IMG/VR virus record: IMGVR_UViG_3300029288_004479
Reading direction: 5' to 3' (one strand)
Length of the DNA: 64,000 nt
Origin: a virus
Lineage: Duplodnaviria; Heunggongvirae; Uroviricota; Caudoviricetes
The notes beneath the pieces are model-generated. The model was not told where the DNA came from. It did no database searches and saw nothing but the letters and a program-made list of their open reading frames with translations. Position 1 is the stretch's first letter, and each line of letters begins with the position of its first letter. A program made the position numbers and the translations under genes. Shown here piece after piece: positions 35,944-45,944 of this stretch.

Positions 35944-36666
35944 ATGACGATCCTTTCAGCAAGTCGCAGGTCAGACATGCCTGCGTTTTATCCCCAAGAG
36001 ATAATGAACCATGTCAACGGGCATCTGGCATTGGACGGACTAGTATTGTGGACGAAGAATCCAGAACCATTTTTCCCATATCTTGAAGAACTCGGTGAAA
36101 ACAACATACCCTTTTATTTCCAATATACCTTAAACAATTATCCAGAACTCGAATTAGGTATACCGCCGTTGGATACACGTATCGAAACGTTTATTGCCCT
36201 GTCGCAGATGATTGGAAAAGAGAGAGTGATCTGGAGGTTCGATCCGATTTTATTGATGAAGAAAATCGATATTGATGAAATCGGGTATCGGTTTAAGACG
36301 CTCATGGAAAAATTACATCCTTATACGGAAAAAGTAGTATTCAGTTTTATTGATATCTATCCGAAGATCTACGAGTTGGGACTTATTGCACCGAACGACG
36401 TTGAGATGGAATATATCGAACGAATAATTATCGATAAGTGCAGAAAATATAATTTAAAATGTGCGACGTGTGCCGAAACATTCCAGATCCCGGGAATCTT
36501 ACATAACCAGTGTATAGACGTAGATTTATTAAACAGGTTATCAGATAATAAGATCCAATACCAGAAAGATCCTACGCAGAGGCGCGAGTGCGGGTGTGCG
36601 AAAAGTGTTGATATTGGAACGTATCATACGTGTAAACACAGGTGTGCATATTGTTACGCTAAGTAG
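35944..36666 (+). CDS. hypothetical protein with C-terminal CGC...C..C.YC cluster
   Basis: 240 aa ORF; SRRSDMPAFYP N-terminus. Confidence 0.45.
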   Translation: MTILSASRRSDMPAFYPQEIMNHVNGHLALDGLVLWTKNPEPFFPYLEELGENNIPFYFQYTLNNYPELELGIPPLDTRIETFIALSQMIGKERVIWRFDPILLMKKIDIDEIGYRFKTLMEKLHPYTEKVVFSFIDIYPKIYELGLIAPNDVEMEYIERIIIDKCRKYNLKCATCAETFQIPGILHNQCIDVDLLNRLSDNKIQYQKDPTQRRECGCAKSVDIGTYHTCKHRCAYCYAK

Positions 36667-36684
36667 AATTGGAGTTGATTTTAA

Positions 36685-36834
36685 ATGACAAGAATTGAAG
36701 AAGTTAAGTGCTCGTTTTGTGGTAAACCAACAGTCCAACCAACGTCAAACGACGATGACGAACGGGCGGCATGGTCAAACGGATTATGTATACGCTGTTA
36801 CAAAAGCGGTCAGGATGATGAGTGGAAGGGATGA
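36685..36834 (+). CDS. small zinc-ribbon protein (49 aa), source copy of a duplicated module
   Basis: CSFCGK...C.RC; about 85% nt identity to 38428-38556. Confidence 0.4.
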   Translation: MTRIEEVKCSFCGKPTVQPTSNDDDERAAWSNGLCIRCYKSGQDDEWKG

Positions 36835-37012
36835 AAATGAGTTTAATGCCCACAGAAGAAGACGAAGCATATTCGAGGGGATGTGTACGCGGAGAAAAAC
36901 AGGGGTATGTGCGTGCAGTAAACGAATTACTATCGTGGTTAAAATCTGACGAAGGAATGATACCAGTAGGATCTATCAGAAAGAAACTGGAAGAAATGAA
37001 AAGAGGCAAGTC

Positions 37013-37450
37013 ATGATATCTGATCAACTTCACCCACAGAGATGTGCGACGTGCAAATATTATAGAAAAAAAGAGTGCCCGGTTGTAGTGTGGGAAGAAG
37101 AACACACCGGGGTCTGGATTGCCGACGAGGATATAATTGATGTGGTGGGTTGTGCATCACACAATGATTTTAATAACGATGAAAAACTTACAGAAAACCA
37201 AAAACTATCAAAAACGATCCGAAAGGGTGTATCAGAGATCAGATCAGAACTAAAAACTGAAAAGAAAATAAGGAACGTAATTGCAGAACTTTCACGATTA
37301 AGGGATGTGTATCACGAAGATCATATCGCTCGAAAAGGAGATGCCGTTGCGACGCCCCAACAGTATATCTCTGAAGGGAGATATGAAGGGTTTAAAAGCG
37401 CGATTGAACTATTGCAAAAAGAGGGGAATGATAAAATCACATTGGAGTGA
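37013..37450 (+). CDS. hypothetical protein
   Basis: 145 aa ORF. Confidence 0.4.
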   Translation: MISDQLHPQRCATCKYYRKKECPVVVWEEEHTGVWIADEDIIDVVGCASHNDFNNDEKLTENQKLSKTIRKGVSEIRSELKTEKKIRNVIAELSRLRDVYHEDHIARKGDAVATPQQYISEGRYEGFKSAIELLQKEGNDKITLE

Positions 37451-37459
37451 GTAATACAC

Positions 37460-38029
37460 ATGGCAGAAGAATCAGGTACACCTACGCTTATATCGGCAAT
37501 TTTAATGGTCATAGCCGTTATAATACTCGGGCTCTTAATAGTATTTATTGTGATTGTGGTTGCACCAACAATTCAAAAATTTCCCCCGGTAACCCATCAG
37601 AACCGTTTTGATATTGCCATCGGTGATACATATACAATAGATTACGATACGCGAGCAATAATACAGATTCCGTTCTTCAATCCGTCAGAATATCCATCAT
37701 TATATGGGGATTTAATCCTTACCACTAGTGCCCCGGGGTCATATACAATGTTAGTGACAACCACATCGGCAACAGACAAAGTTGGTATCATGTGGGCGGA
37801 ATCATTTTTACAAAATACAACAATTGGAGACAAGTTTAATCAGCGGACTATCCCAGTTCGCATGTATCATTATGATTTCAGCAAATCCCCCATTTATACA
37901 TGTATAGTAGATAGATATTCCGATTGCACTCTACATATGAGTCAAGGTAATTATTCTTCTGGGGACGAGTTGCAGATCTACTTATCTGGCTATGGTGCAG
38001 GGAACATTACAATTACAAGAACAGGATAA
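37460..38029 (+). CDS. membrane-anchored protein
   Basis: N-terminal TM helix. Confidence 0.45.
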   Translation: MAEESGTPTLISAILMVIAVIILGLLIVFIVIVVAPTIQKFPPVTHQNRFDIAIGDTYTIDYDTRAIIQIPFFNPSEYPSLYGDLILTTSAPGSYTMLVTTTSATDKVGIMWAESFLQNTTIGDKFNQRTIPVRMYHYDFSKSPIYTCIVDRYSDCTLHMSQGNYSSGDELQIYLSGYGAGNITITRTG

Positions 38030-38036
38030 ATAAAAT

Positions 38037-38288
38037 ATGACCGAATATCTTCTGATCACACTAGAAGAGTGGAATAAAATCTTGGATTATATTGAAATGT
38101 CACGCAATATTGAATTTACACGAGAGGATAAACACAAAACCTTTGATCCAATTACAGTGGCAATGCGAAAACGCACCATGTGCCCTCATCTAAATATACA
38201 CTGCGGTTGTAAAGCAGAGTGTGAACACCAAACCGATACTAATGGATGTACTATGTATGGAGTGAATGGGAATGAGCATACCATATGA
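38037..38288 (+). CDS. hypothetical Cys-rich protein
   Basis: 83 aa ORF. Confidence 0.4.
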   Translation: MTEYLLITLEEWNKILDYIEMSRNIEFTREDKHKTFDPITVAMRKRTMCPHLNIHCGCKAECEHQTDTNGCTMYGVNGNEHTI

Positions 38289-38556
38289 TCCCAATTATGA
38301 AGATCCGTGTTTATCTTGTAGATATAGGGAACAAGCGTGCGGTTATATTCTTGATGGAAAGAAATATGAAGATGCCTGCATGTCAGTGAAAATATGGTTA
38401 AACCATCAGAAGAAGAAAGACGCTGTGAAATGTTCGTTCTGTGGCAAAACAATACTTAACCCCACTTCAAACAACGATGACGAACGGGCGGCGTGGTCAA
38501 ATGGATTGTGTATGCGCTGCTACAAAAGTGGTCAGGATGCTGAGTGGAAAGGATGA
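38266..38556 (+). CDS. Cys-rich protein carrying the duplicated zinc-ribbon module at its C-terminus
   Basis: C-terminal 40 aa almost identical to 36685..36834. Confidence 0.45.
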   Translation: MGMSIPYDPNYEDPCLSCRYREQACGYILDGKKYEDACMSVKIWLNHQKKKDAVKCSFCGKTILNPTSNNDDERAAWSNGLCMRCYKSGQDAEWKG

Positions 38557-38580
38557 TACAGATGCAGAAGAGAACGGAGT

Positions 38581-38913
38581 GTGCATATTATGCATTATAA
38601 TACTCTCGGAAAAACCATAGCCTTTATAATAGTTGTTGTGTGGATTACCGCCATGATCGTAATCAATCCAACAATTACGGAAACGTATGTCCCGAGTGAA
38701 TGCGGAAATAATTTTAGTTGTTCACACGATCACCCGGCATGTATAAAATACACTCGGATAATCGATGATGGGATCGGTATCTGTTGCGAATCATGCACGA
38801 AAGGATGGGGATATTGCCCTCCACCATTAGCTAGTGGGATTATCATATTACCTTCAATAATAGCACTTACCGCAATTATGTACTTTGGGTTATATGTTGG
38901 AAGAAAGGAATGA
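38581..38913 (+). CDS. membrane protein
   Basis: Two TM segments. Confidence 0.4.
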   Translation: MHIMHYNTLGKTIAFIIVVVWITAMIVINPTITETYVPSECGNNFSCSHDHPACIKYTRIIDDGIGICCESCTKGWGYCPPPLASGIIILPSIIALTAIMYFGLYVGRKE

Positions 38914-39331
38914 AAGTTTACATTACTAATGTATAAAGTTATTTATTTGACGGTTAAATTACAACAATTAAAAACTGGAGAAGAATCACATGACAACGTA
39001 TCTTCAATGTAAAAAATGTGGGTATAAATTTGCAGTCTCAACAACGGCGTATTTAGCCGGGGTTGTTAACTGTCCACGATGTGGTGTGCCACATGCAGAC
39101 AAGTATTCGAATGAGAGTAATAATAGAAATATCCACTAAAACAAGGATTGAAACACCCTCATCTTGATTTCTAATTCCCCCGAATCCGGAGGAATTAAAA
39201 AAAAGAAAGAATAAGGATTAGATTCTGTTAAGTTCATATTAATATCATACAAACAAATAAAACAGAAATCAGATCATCATTATAAAGAAAAAACATATAT
39301 AGAATGATGCAAGATTATATTCAGGTGAAAT

Positions 39332-39724
39332 ATGGCAGAAAAAGTTACAATTATACCCGCGACCGCCGTGCCACAGTATGAAGAGACAAAGAGGTTCATT
39401 TATATTGAATCATGTAGTGGCTGTGTTCACTGTACAAAAGGTGCAGAAGAGGGAGGAGAATTAAAAGCAGATGCACCGGAAGAGAGTATCTGGTATTACT
39501 GTTTCCACGATGCGTTTAAAGGATTCCCGCGCAGGATCGGGCAGAAGAACAAAACAACCGAGATTGCACCTTTCTGTCCTCTTGAAGCAATTGTTAAATC
39601 TGGAGAGAGAGAACGTGTGCCGCGTAAAAGCAGTATTACAAGCAGTGGGGGCAGCAGTAGCAGCATCCCATCAGGAATGTTGAGAGGTTTGGGCAAACCC
39701 GACTCGGAAGACCCCCAAACCTAA
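39332..39724 (+). CDS. hypothetical protein, RFIYIxxCxxC / IWYYC / RIGQ family (paralog of 42940..43323)
   Basis: Shared motifs with 42940..43323. Confidence 0.45.
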   Translation: MAEKVTIIPATAVPQYEETKRFIYIESCSGCVHCTKGAEEGGELKADAPEESIWYYCFHDAFKGFPRRIGQKNKTTEIAPFCPLEAIVKSGERERVPRKSSITSSGGSSSSIPSGMLRGLGKPDSEDPQT

Positions 39725-39977
39725 CGCAATCTTTTTTTTAGGTGGTAATTAGCTAATGGTAAGACGAACGGACGATGAAGTAAGAGTACGCATTGCCGAA
39801 ATTGAAAAGGAAGCGTCCCTGTTTGGTGTAGAAGAATATGAGCAGGTCGTATACATGATGAGAGCGCAGATCAAAGGTCTGAAATACGCTCTCGGTGAAG
39901 ATTACTCAATCCACGAAGGGAAGTGAAAGAGTAAAGAATACCTTTAATATCCTCAACCAAGTAAATAACATAAGAGG

Positions 39978-40703
39978 TTGAGGAACGTGAAATACCTTAT
40001 ATCTGGGATATTAGTTGGTATAGTTATAACCATCCTGTATATGGCATGTATACCACAAACGCCAAGCACGATAATTTCAATAAACCCTATTGATAACTCT
40101 ACGAACACAAGCGACATCATCTACCCGGAATCGTATTATCAGGATAAGATGTATACGGCGCAGGTTAACAACTACTTGTTAAACGAACCAAGTTTACCAA
40201 CGTTCTCGTTCAATGATAGTTTTGCCATTCAGAACAGGAATCTCGGTATAGCAAACTTCTTCCAAGGTCAGCAGACAAATTATATCCTTGAACGCCAGAA
40301 CGAGTTATTAAGAGAGCAGAACGATCTCACGGTAAAAGGGATCTTGTTATACGAGAGACAGTTGGAGATGACAAAAGGAACGTTACGAGTCGATCCGTCT
40401 TGTGATTCACATAACGTAAAGTTAAAACTTTACGGGTATAATATTACAAAGACAGGTAACGTGCCAGCTCTGATTAAAGACGCGTCGTTGAATATCGTTA
40501 ATCTTGAGACAAGACAAATTGTTGCGAAAGACCGGTTAACCGATACGGGTATAATTGACGCCGTGCTTTGCCGCAACGAAATATACAATGTGACCGTTAA
40601 CCCGGCACCCACGCGAGGAGAAGTCTTCGATCAAGTCCAGTATAATATCTTTACAGACAGTGACACATATAATCTAAATATCCATACAAGAATTGACGTA
40701 TAA
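39978..40703 (+). CDS. membrane-anchored/secreted protein
   Basis: N-terminal TM segment. Confidence 0.45.
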   Translation: MRNVKYLISGILVGIVITILYMACIPQTPSTIISINPIDNSTNTSDIIYPESYYQDKMYTAQVNNYLLNEPSLPTFSFNDSFAIQNRNLGIANFFQGQQTNYILERQNELLREQNDLTVKGILLYERQLEMTKGTLRVDPSCDSHNVKLKLYGYNITKTGNVPALIKDASLNIVNLETRQIVAKDRLTDTGIIDAVLCRNEIYNVTVNPAPTRGEVFDQVQYNIFTDSDTYNLNIHTRIDV

Positions 40704-40908
40704 TTAAAAGAAGAAATGCATGATTAATAGGATGGTCAATAATATATATGCATAATTTAAAATTACTAAAAAACCGAAGATTAATCCAAATATTTCAGAC
40801 GTAAATTAACAGGTTTTAATACATTGTTTTCGTTTAGCGTTCCATATACAGAATTTGAGTAATTTGAACAAGTATATCATATAGCGGGTGTAATTATATC
40901 TGCAAATC

Positions 40909-41433
40909 ATGATTACAATCAATAAAAAAGATATCGATAATGTAATCCACAATATCCAATGTCCGGCACATTATAGTATGATATTTAGTGAGTTATCGGA
41001 AGTATATAATTACGGGGTAGAGTATACAATTACGGAGTTCCTGCAACCGTTTGATATGAAGAGGTTTACTCATAAGATCCCGTTTAGTGGCGTGAAGAAT
41101 AATCAGTGTGTAAGATATGCAGATTATTTAATCCCTTTGTTCTATACGGCGTATGAATGTAAGAATATCCAGTCCAGCAGGATAATTAAAGAGTTGTTGG
41201 GAATGTATCTGCACTACTACGGGCATTTCCAATATCCTGAAAGTGCAAAGGAAGAGATGTTGTTAATGTATGACGAGGAGGACTGGAATGACTTCCATAA
41301 TTATTGGGGCAGTCCGTATCCGGCACTGACCAAGGATGAAAAAGCCAAGATACAGGACATTTGGTTTACATCACGATGTATAAATAGATTTAAACCGAAA
41401 GATAAAATAGTAAAACGGATGGTAGAAGTATGA
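40909..41433 (+). CDS. hypothetical protein
   Basis: 174 aa ORF. Confidence 0.45.
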   Translation: MITINKKDIDNVIHNIQCPAHYSMIFSELSEVYNYGVEYTITEFLQPFDMKRFTHKIPFSGVKNNQCVRYADYLIPLFYTAYECKNIQSSRIIKELLGMYLHYYGHFQYPESAKEEMLLMYDEEDWNDFHNYWGSPYPALTKDEKAKIQDIWFTSRCINRFKPKDKIVKRMVEV

Positions 41434-41717
41434 TTGTAATCCCCGACTTTCCCGCAGGACATACAATTGCATTACATACAATTGCATTAATCTTCTTAAT
41501 ATTCGTAGTAGCAATGTTATTGGTTTGTACGGTGTTAGTTTTGTATCATAGATCATCAGAAATGTATCTCCTTATTGCAATTTATTGGATAATTATAATA
41601 TCTTGTGTTCTCCTGTTGTTATCTTTCCCGTGTACAGATTACCAAATGATCTCTTGGGGAGATCCAGACTCAATAACGAGTAATTATTGTCAACAACTTA
41701 TCGCGACAGGTTGGTAA
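41430..41717 (+). CDS. membrane protein
   Basis: ATGA overlap; two TM segments. Confidence 0.4.
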   Translation: MIVIPDFPAGHTIALHTIALIFLIFVVAMLLVCTVLVLYHRSSEMYLLIAIYWIIIISCVLLLLSFPCTDYQMISWGDPDSITSNYCQQLIATGW

Positions 41718-42055
41718 CCCTACGCAGTCCCTATATGACCGACCGCATTATTGCGATGATGCCCGGCGTGAACTAAAATATATTGATGAATGTTTAGCTG
41801 CGAAAGGATTAAATTTCCCTACGGGTGGGCATTTATTTCCAGTTGACCCATTCCAGAAAGAACTGGAACAAATATGTTCCATATGGAACAAATATGAACC
41901 AAACTGGCATTGCCTTCGCAGTCCACCAGATGAAAAAGGACGGTATGTAATGGTAAGGGAACGCCGTCCACACGAGTTTGGGTGGAGCGTGACGTATATC
42001 AGTCCGAAAAAGAAACAATAAGTATTTATCTTCCAGAAAACAATCTATAATCAGC

Positions 42056-42129
42056 GCACCCGTAGCGAAGTTGGTTATCGCGTCGGTTTTACATGCCGAA
42101 GACCGTCGGTTCGAACCCGACTGGGTGCA
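42056..42129 (+). tRNA. tRNA-Val(UAC)
   Basis: Acceptor GCACCCG/TGGGTGC; D-stem GCGA/TCGC; anticodon arm TCGGT-TTTACAT-GCCGA. Confidence 0.8.
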
Positions 42130-42210
42130 TCAGAGGATAGATTCGGGGATAATGCTCCGTAAGGATAAGTCTTTATCATTCCGGCTATCCGCTGTAGAAA
42201 AACAACACGA

Positions 42211-42339
42211 GGGTTGGTATCTCAGTTGGTAGAGAGTCCGGCTGTTACAAGAGAGAATAAAAGATTGTGTGATTCATGATTTTGACCCCTCTCTCTTGCA
42301 GAAACCGGAATGTCAAGAGTTCGAGCCTCTTCCGACCCG
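42211..42339 (+). tRNA. tRNA-Asn(GUU) with 56-nt canonical intron (42248-42303)
   Basis: Perfect hBHBh' (CTGT/GCAG, TAC and AAA bulges, 7-bp h'); acceptor GGGTTGG/CCGACCC. Confidence 0.8.
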
Positions 42340-42360
42340 TATTTTTGATGAGGTAGGATC

Positions 42361-42564
42361 ATGAAAAAGGTAACATACGGAATCCAATATTGCAACAGCT
42401 TATGTCCCTATTTCTTCAGGAACTACGACGACGGAGATAATATCTGGTGTGCGAAGATCCGAAAGAAAATATATGATTACGACGGGGGAATGATCTTTGG
42501 TGATCGGGCGTATCGAGACATTCCGAAAGAATGCCCATTAGAAAACTGTCCGGAAAAACAATGA
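42361..42564 (+). CDS. hypothetical Cys-containing protein
   Basis: GGTAGG SD upstream. Confidence 0.4.
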   Translation: MKKVTYGIQYCNSLCPYFFRNYDDGDNIWCAKIRKKIYDYDGGMIFGDRAYRDIPKECPLENCPEKQ

Positions 42565-42634
42565 GATTATACGAACCTTCACTTATTTTGTGCAAAAATA
42601 TAAATCTGCAAACAGCAAATAACGTATAAAGAGT

Positions 42635-42719
42635 AACGGGGTGGGGTAGTCAGGATAACCCGCTAGACCCATAATCTAGAGACCTCACGGCTTGCGAAGG
42701 TTCGAATCCTTCCCCCGTT
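42635..42719 (+). tRNA. tRNA with CAU anticodon (Met or Ile2 type); C at position 33; 16-nt variable region (possible non-canonical intron)
   Basis: Acceptor AACGGGG/CCCCGTT; D-stem GGGT/ACCC; anticodon arm CTAGA-CCCATAA-TCTAG; T-arm GAAGGTTCGAATCCTTC. Confidence 0.6.
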
Positions 42720-42739
42720 ATATAAGTTTTGGAGTTGTA

Positions 42740-42943
42740 ATGTTAACAAACGTGTTGATCGGAATCGTATTATTTGTTGTGCTTATTGCGATAGGTTCAT
42801 CCGTCTATTGTGTGTGTAATCTATGGTTGGGGTTAGGTACGTATCTCTCGATGATAATAGCAGGAGTAAGTATACTAGCAACAATATGGGTGACCATTGA
42901 TTTCATAACAACGTTCACAGATCCCAAAACGTTATCACTGTGA
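42740..42943 (+). CDS. small membrane protein
   Basis: ATG after the tRNA; two TM segments. Confidence 0.4.
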   Translation: MLTNVLIGIVLFVVLIAIGSSVYCVCNLWLGLGTYLSMIIAGVSILATIWVTIDFITTFTDPKTLSL

Positions 42944-43323
42944 GATTAATTATGAGCGACAGACCTCTTGAAAATATAAGAATAAATGCACTACTTAAAT
43001 GCGGTGCAGATAAATATATTATAGACGGCCCGAACGCAGTGTGTTATGACGCACCCCGTAGATTTATATATATTGATAATTGTAAACAATGTTCATTCGT
43101 TGCAATAGCAGATGAAAACGGACGTGAATTTTACGAAGGCGATGACAGTGAAGGGATAGATGAATCAGATATATGGTATTATTGTAGGCACAAACCCTAC
43201 CAACACTGGCCTAAAAGAATAGGTCAGATCGATAAGGTCGTGACGAGTGTAGATCTCGGGTGCCCATTAAAATTTCTGGCAAAAATCCCGGAGGTTAGCG
43301 ATGGCAAAGAAATACATATGTAA
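42940..43323 (+). CDS. hypothetical protein, paralog of 39332..39724
   Basis: RFIYIDNCKQC / IWYYC / RIGQ motifs. Confidence 0.45.
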   Translation: MRLIMSDRPLENIRINALLKCGADKYIIDGPNAVCYDAPRRFIYIDNCKQCSFVAIADENGREFYEGDDSEGIDESDIWYYCRHKPYQHWPKRIGQIDKVVTSVDLGCPLKFLAKIPEVSDGKEIHM

Positions 43324-43564
43324 ATGCTATCATTTCCGCCATATTGGACAAATGGATAAAAGAATGGTTGATCATTGTGGGATGTGTGGACATTTCCTCG
43401 CGGCATTTGATTTAGGTGAAATAAAAGGGTGGTGTGATCACGTTAAGGAAACAGATCTTTCAGAATATCCATATAAAATAATTTATGATCCAAAAGAGGT
43501 TCAGGAATGGTGTCCTTTACCAAATTACAACCACCCTGTAAAAAAGAAAGTAAAAAAAGAGTGA
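43301..43564 (+). CDS. hypothetical Cys/His-rich protein
   Basis: 87 aa ORF. Confidence 0.4.
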   Translation: MAKKYICKCYHFRHIGQMDKRMVDHCGMCGHFLAAFDLGEIKGWCDHVKETDLSEYPYKIIYDPKEVQEWCPLPNYNHPVKKKVKKE

Positions 43565-43574
43565 GTGATAATTT

Positions 43575-43847
43575 ATGGACGCAGATTTTGATGTATACGA
43601 TTGCAACGCACGAATAAGGGCATCGACATGTGGCACGGCATGTGAAAAGACACTCCATATTGAAGTTAAATCAATGGAAATGACCATTGATAGTGCAAGA
43701 CAAGTTGCCAAAGCTATTAACGATGCAGCAAATTGGTTAGAGCACGAGAATCTCAACCCATACGATCCGGATTGTATCGGGTGTCCCGGTATTAGTGAAT
43801 GCCCACACAAAAAAGAAAAAGAAACAATTGCACAGGAAATTCACTAA
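43575..43847 (+). CDS. hypothetical Cys-rich protein
   Basis: 90 aa ORF. Confidence 0.4.
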   Translation: MDADFDVYDCNARIRASTCGTACEKTLHIEVKSMEMTIDSARQVAKAINDAANWLEHENLNPYDPDCIGCPGISECPHKKEKETIAQEIH

Positions 43848-43889
43848 TTTTGTCTATTACGGATAATATATATCTGTGAACTATCAGAT

Positions 43890-44366
43890 ATGCATTGGTG
43901 GAGTGCCAGTAATATGACAACAATCCCGAATATACCCCGTGAAGATCTGGTTATATTAAGAAAATATATTGAGGGCAGAGATATTGATAGCGAGGACGCT
44001 CAGAGCGTAGAGAGGTTATGCCGTGTGGGTCTCATGAAAAAAGGGATTAGTCTAAAACGAAGGAAAGTAACGGCGAGAACAGTGGGTGTAGGGATAACTA
44101 TGGTATCAATGGCAGAACGAGACAAAAGATGGAACCAGTTCCTATCAGTAGTAAGACAATCACCTCTCAAGCCCCCGATGGAACACAATAGAGACCGAGA
44201 ACCACCATCACCAAGCACATGGGCATATCCAAATATTAGGCGGGAAGATATAGTTGCCCTTCACCAACGTCAAGAAGTTCAAAAAGTACAAGAACTCCCG
44301 AAACCCGAGGTTAATAAGATCCGCACCCGTTGGGAAGATTTAGATTACGTGTCTGAAAGCGAGTGA
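43890..44366 (+). CDS. hypothetical protein
   Basis: 158 aa ORF. Confidence 0.45.
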   Translation: MHWWSASNMTTIPNIPREDLVILRKYIEGRDIDSEDAQSVERLCRVGLMKKGISLKRRKVTARTVGVGITMVSMAERDKRWNQFLSVVRQSPLKPPMEHNRDREPPSPSTWAYPNIRREDIVALHQRQEVQKVQELPKPEVNKIRTRWEDLDYVSESE

Positions 44367-44457
44367 AAAAAATGTCAAACATATTTATGGTGGTTGCAGG
44401 AGCAGGTTTTATCCTACTCGGTGCATTTAGCAGAGATATTTTTATGACTGTGATGGG

Positions 44458-44964
44458 ATGGACAATGTTTTTCATGGGTTTTGTATTTACCGAATCGGGA
44501 GAATCATTGTGAACGAGATAGTTACCAGAATTAATCTATTTGTTAATAAATGGATATTAGTTCTTGTAGGTGCAATCTTAATTTTACGGGCATGTCCGGC
44601 GTTAATGACATTATATATGAAAACATCCCCGTTATATCCCGGATTTATGGAAGGCGATCCCATAACAAAATATTTATTCGAAACGATTGGCGATTATAAT
44701 ACAACAATGTTAGTGATAATGATGTGTGGTGGTTTGTTAATCTTACTTACGTATATTTCAACGAGGGTAGACGAACCATATATTAAACTATCAACAGTAC
44801 CGGTATACGGGACATTAGTAGTAATTGGATTTTGTGATGTACTGAGTAATATCGCTGCTTTAAACCATTCATTTGATCCGGTATCCTACGCGATATTATA
44901 TCAGGTTGTTGTATTTAACGGAACGCTCCTCAACGCAATGGGTATAATTATAGGTGGCCTATGA
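44458..44964 (+). CDS. polytopic membrane protein
   Basis: 4-5 predicted TM helices. Confidence 0.4.
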   Translation: MDNVFHGFCIYRIGRIIVNEIVTRINLFVNKWILVLVGAILILRACPALMTLYMKTSPLYPGFMEGDPITKYLFETIGDYNTTMLVIMMCGGLLILLTYISTRVDEPYIKLSTVPVYGTLVVIGFCDVLSNIAALNHSFDPVSYAILYQVVVFNGTLLNAMGIIIGGL

Positions 44965-45392
44965 AAAAACCGACGTATACTGAAATTAAAACATTCCTTT
45001 TGGAATACGATAAGAAATATTGGGTAATGATGTCGATTATTCTGATTTTTCACGGGATTGCAGCAATATGTACGTGGATTGCGCTATCCAATAAAAGTCA
45101 TCAGGAATGCAACCCGGCTGCAAAGATCGTTATAGATATGATAGGGGTAGCCCCGGCGTTAATCCTATCGGAAATCATGCTGTTTGCCGCAATGGTGTAT
45201 ATGACATCACCTCATAGAAAACATGTCAGTAAAATAATGTTTGCTGCATATATAATCATGATATTAGTCTGTGGATTTGATGCATTTAACGACGTATCTG
45301 TGCTTTGGCATCTTGGGTACGAGCAAACCACACATGCTGTAATATCCGGTACGGCAGATGCGTTGCACGTGAAATTAACGTGTGGTGTATAA
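44961..45392 (+). CDS. polytopic membrane protein
   Basis: ATGA overlap; multiple TM helices. Confidence 0.45.
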   Translation: MKKPTYTEIKTFLLEYDKKYWVMMSIILIFHGIAAICTWIALSNKSHQECNPAAKIVIDMIGVAPALILSEIMLFAAMVYMTSPHRKHVSKIMFAAYIIMILVCGFDAFNDVSVLWHLGYEQTTHAVISGTADALHVKLTCGV

Positions 45393-45655
45393 TGACAAAA
45401 TGCGATAAATGCGGGAAAGAAGTTGGCAATCTATTCTGCGGGAAATGCCGATTAGAGATCGAATCGGAACGTGGCAAACTAATCCCAGTACTTTATTATG
45501 ATCCAAAAACAAAGTTGTATGTACCGGGATGTACTGTTATTGGATGTCCGTGCAATGATCGAGGGACATGCAGCGGTCACATCTCATTAGAGACGTTCAA
45601 ATACATCTGCCACGAATTTGATGGCGATAATTGTGTAAAACAATTTTGTGGGTGA
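45392..45655 (+). CDS. Cys-rich zinc-finger protein
   Basis: CDKCGK...CGKC...C..C..C. Confidence 0.4.
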   Translation: MTKCDKCGKEVGNLFCGKCRLEIESERGKLIPVLYYDPKTKLYVPGCTVIGCPCNDRGTCSGHISLETFKYICHEFDGDNCVKQFCG

Positions 45656-45659
45656 AAAT

Positions 45660-45944
45660 ATGAAGATTTGGATTGTTGGGATTTGCAACGCAGAGACGGC
45701 TGTTCCTGAATATGCATGTATATCAAAAGAAACCGCATTAAAAAGATGGGAACAAATACGGCTTGAAATAATTAAGGATTGTAAAGAGGAATATGAATCA
45801 TACAAAGCATACAGAAAACAGGAACCTCTGGCAAGTAACTTGTATGAACGAATGCTTAAGAATCTTGAGGAAACCGATCCAGATAAAATGGATAACTTCC
45901 CACAAGACGAACCGTATATAATGGAAATGGATCTGGAAGAATGA
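45660..45944 (+). CDS. hypothetical protein
   Basis: 95 aa ORF. Confidence 0.4.
   Translation: MKIWIVGICNAETAVPEYACISKETALKRWEQIRLEIIKDCKEEYESYKAYRKQEPLASNLYERMLKNLEETDPDKMDNFPQDEPYIMEMDLEE

Noticed and set aside
42130-42210. Possible additional tRNA between tRNA-Val and tRNA-Asn
   Set aside because: An inverted repeat (GGATAG ... CTATCC) is present, but there is no T-arm and no acceptor pairing. It is left as an unexplained spacer.
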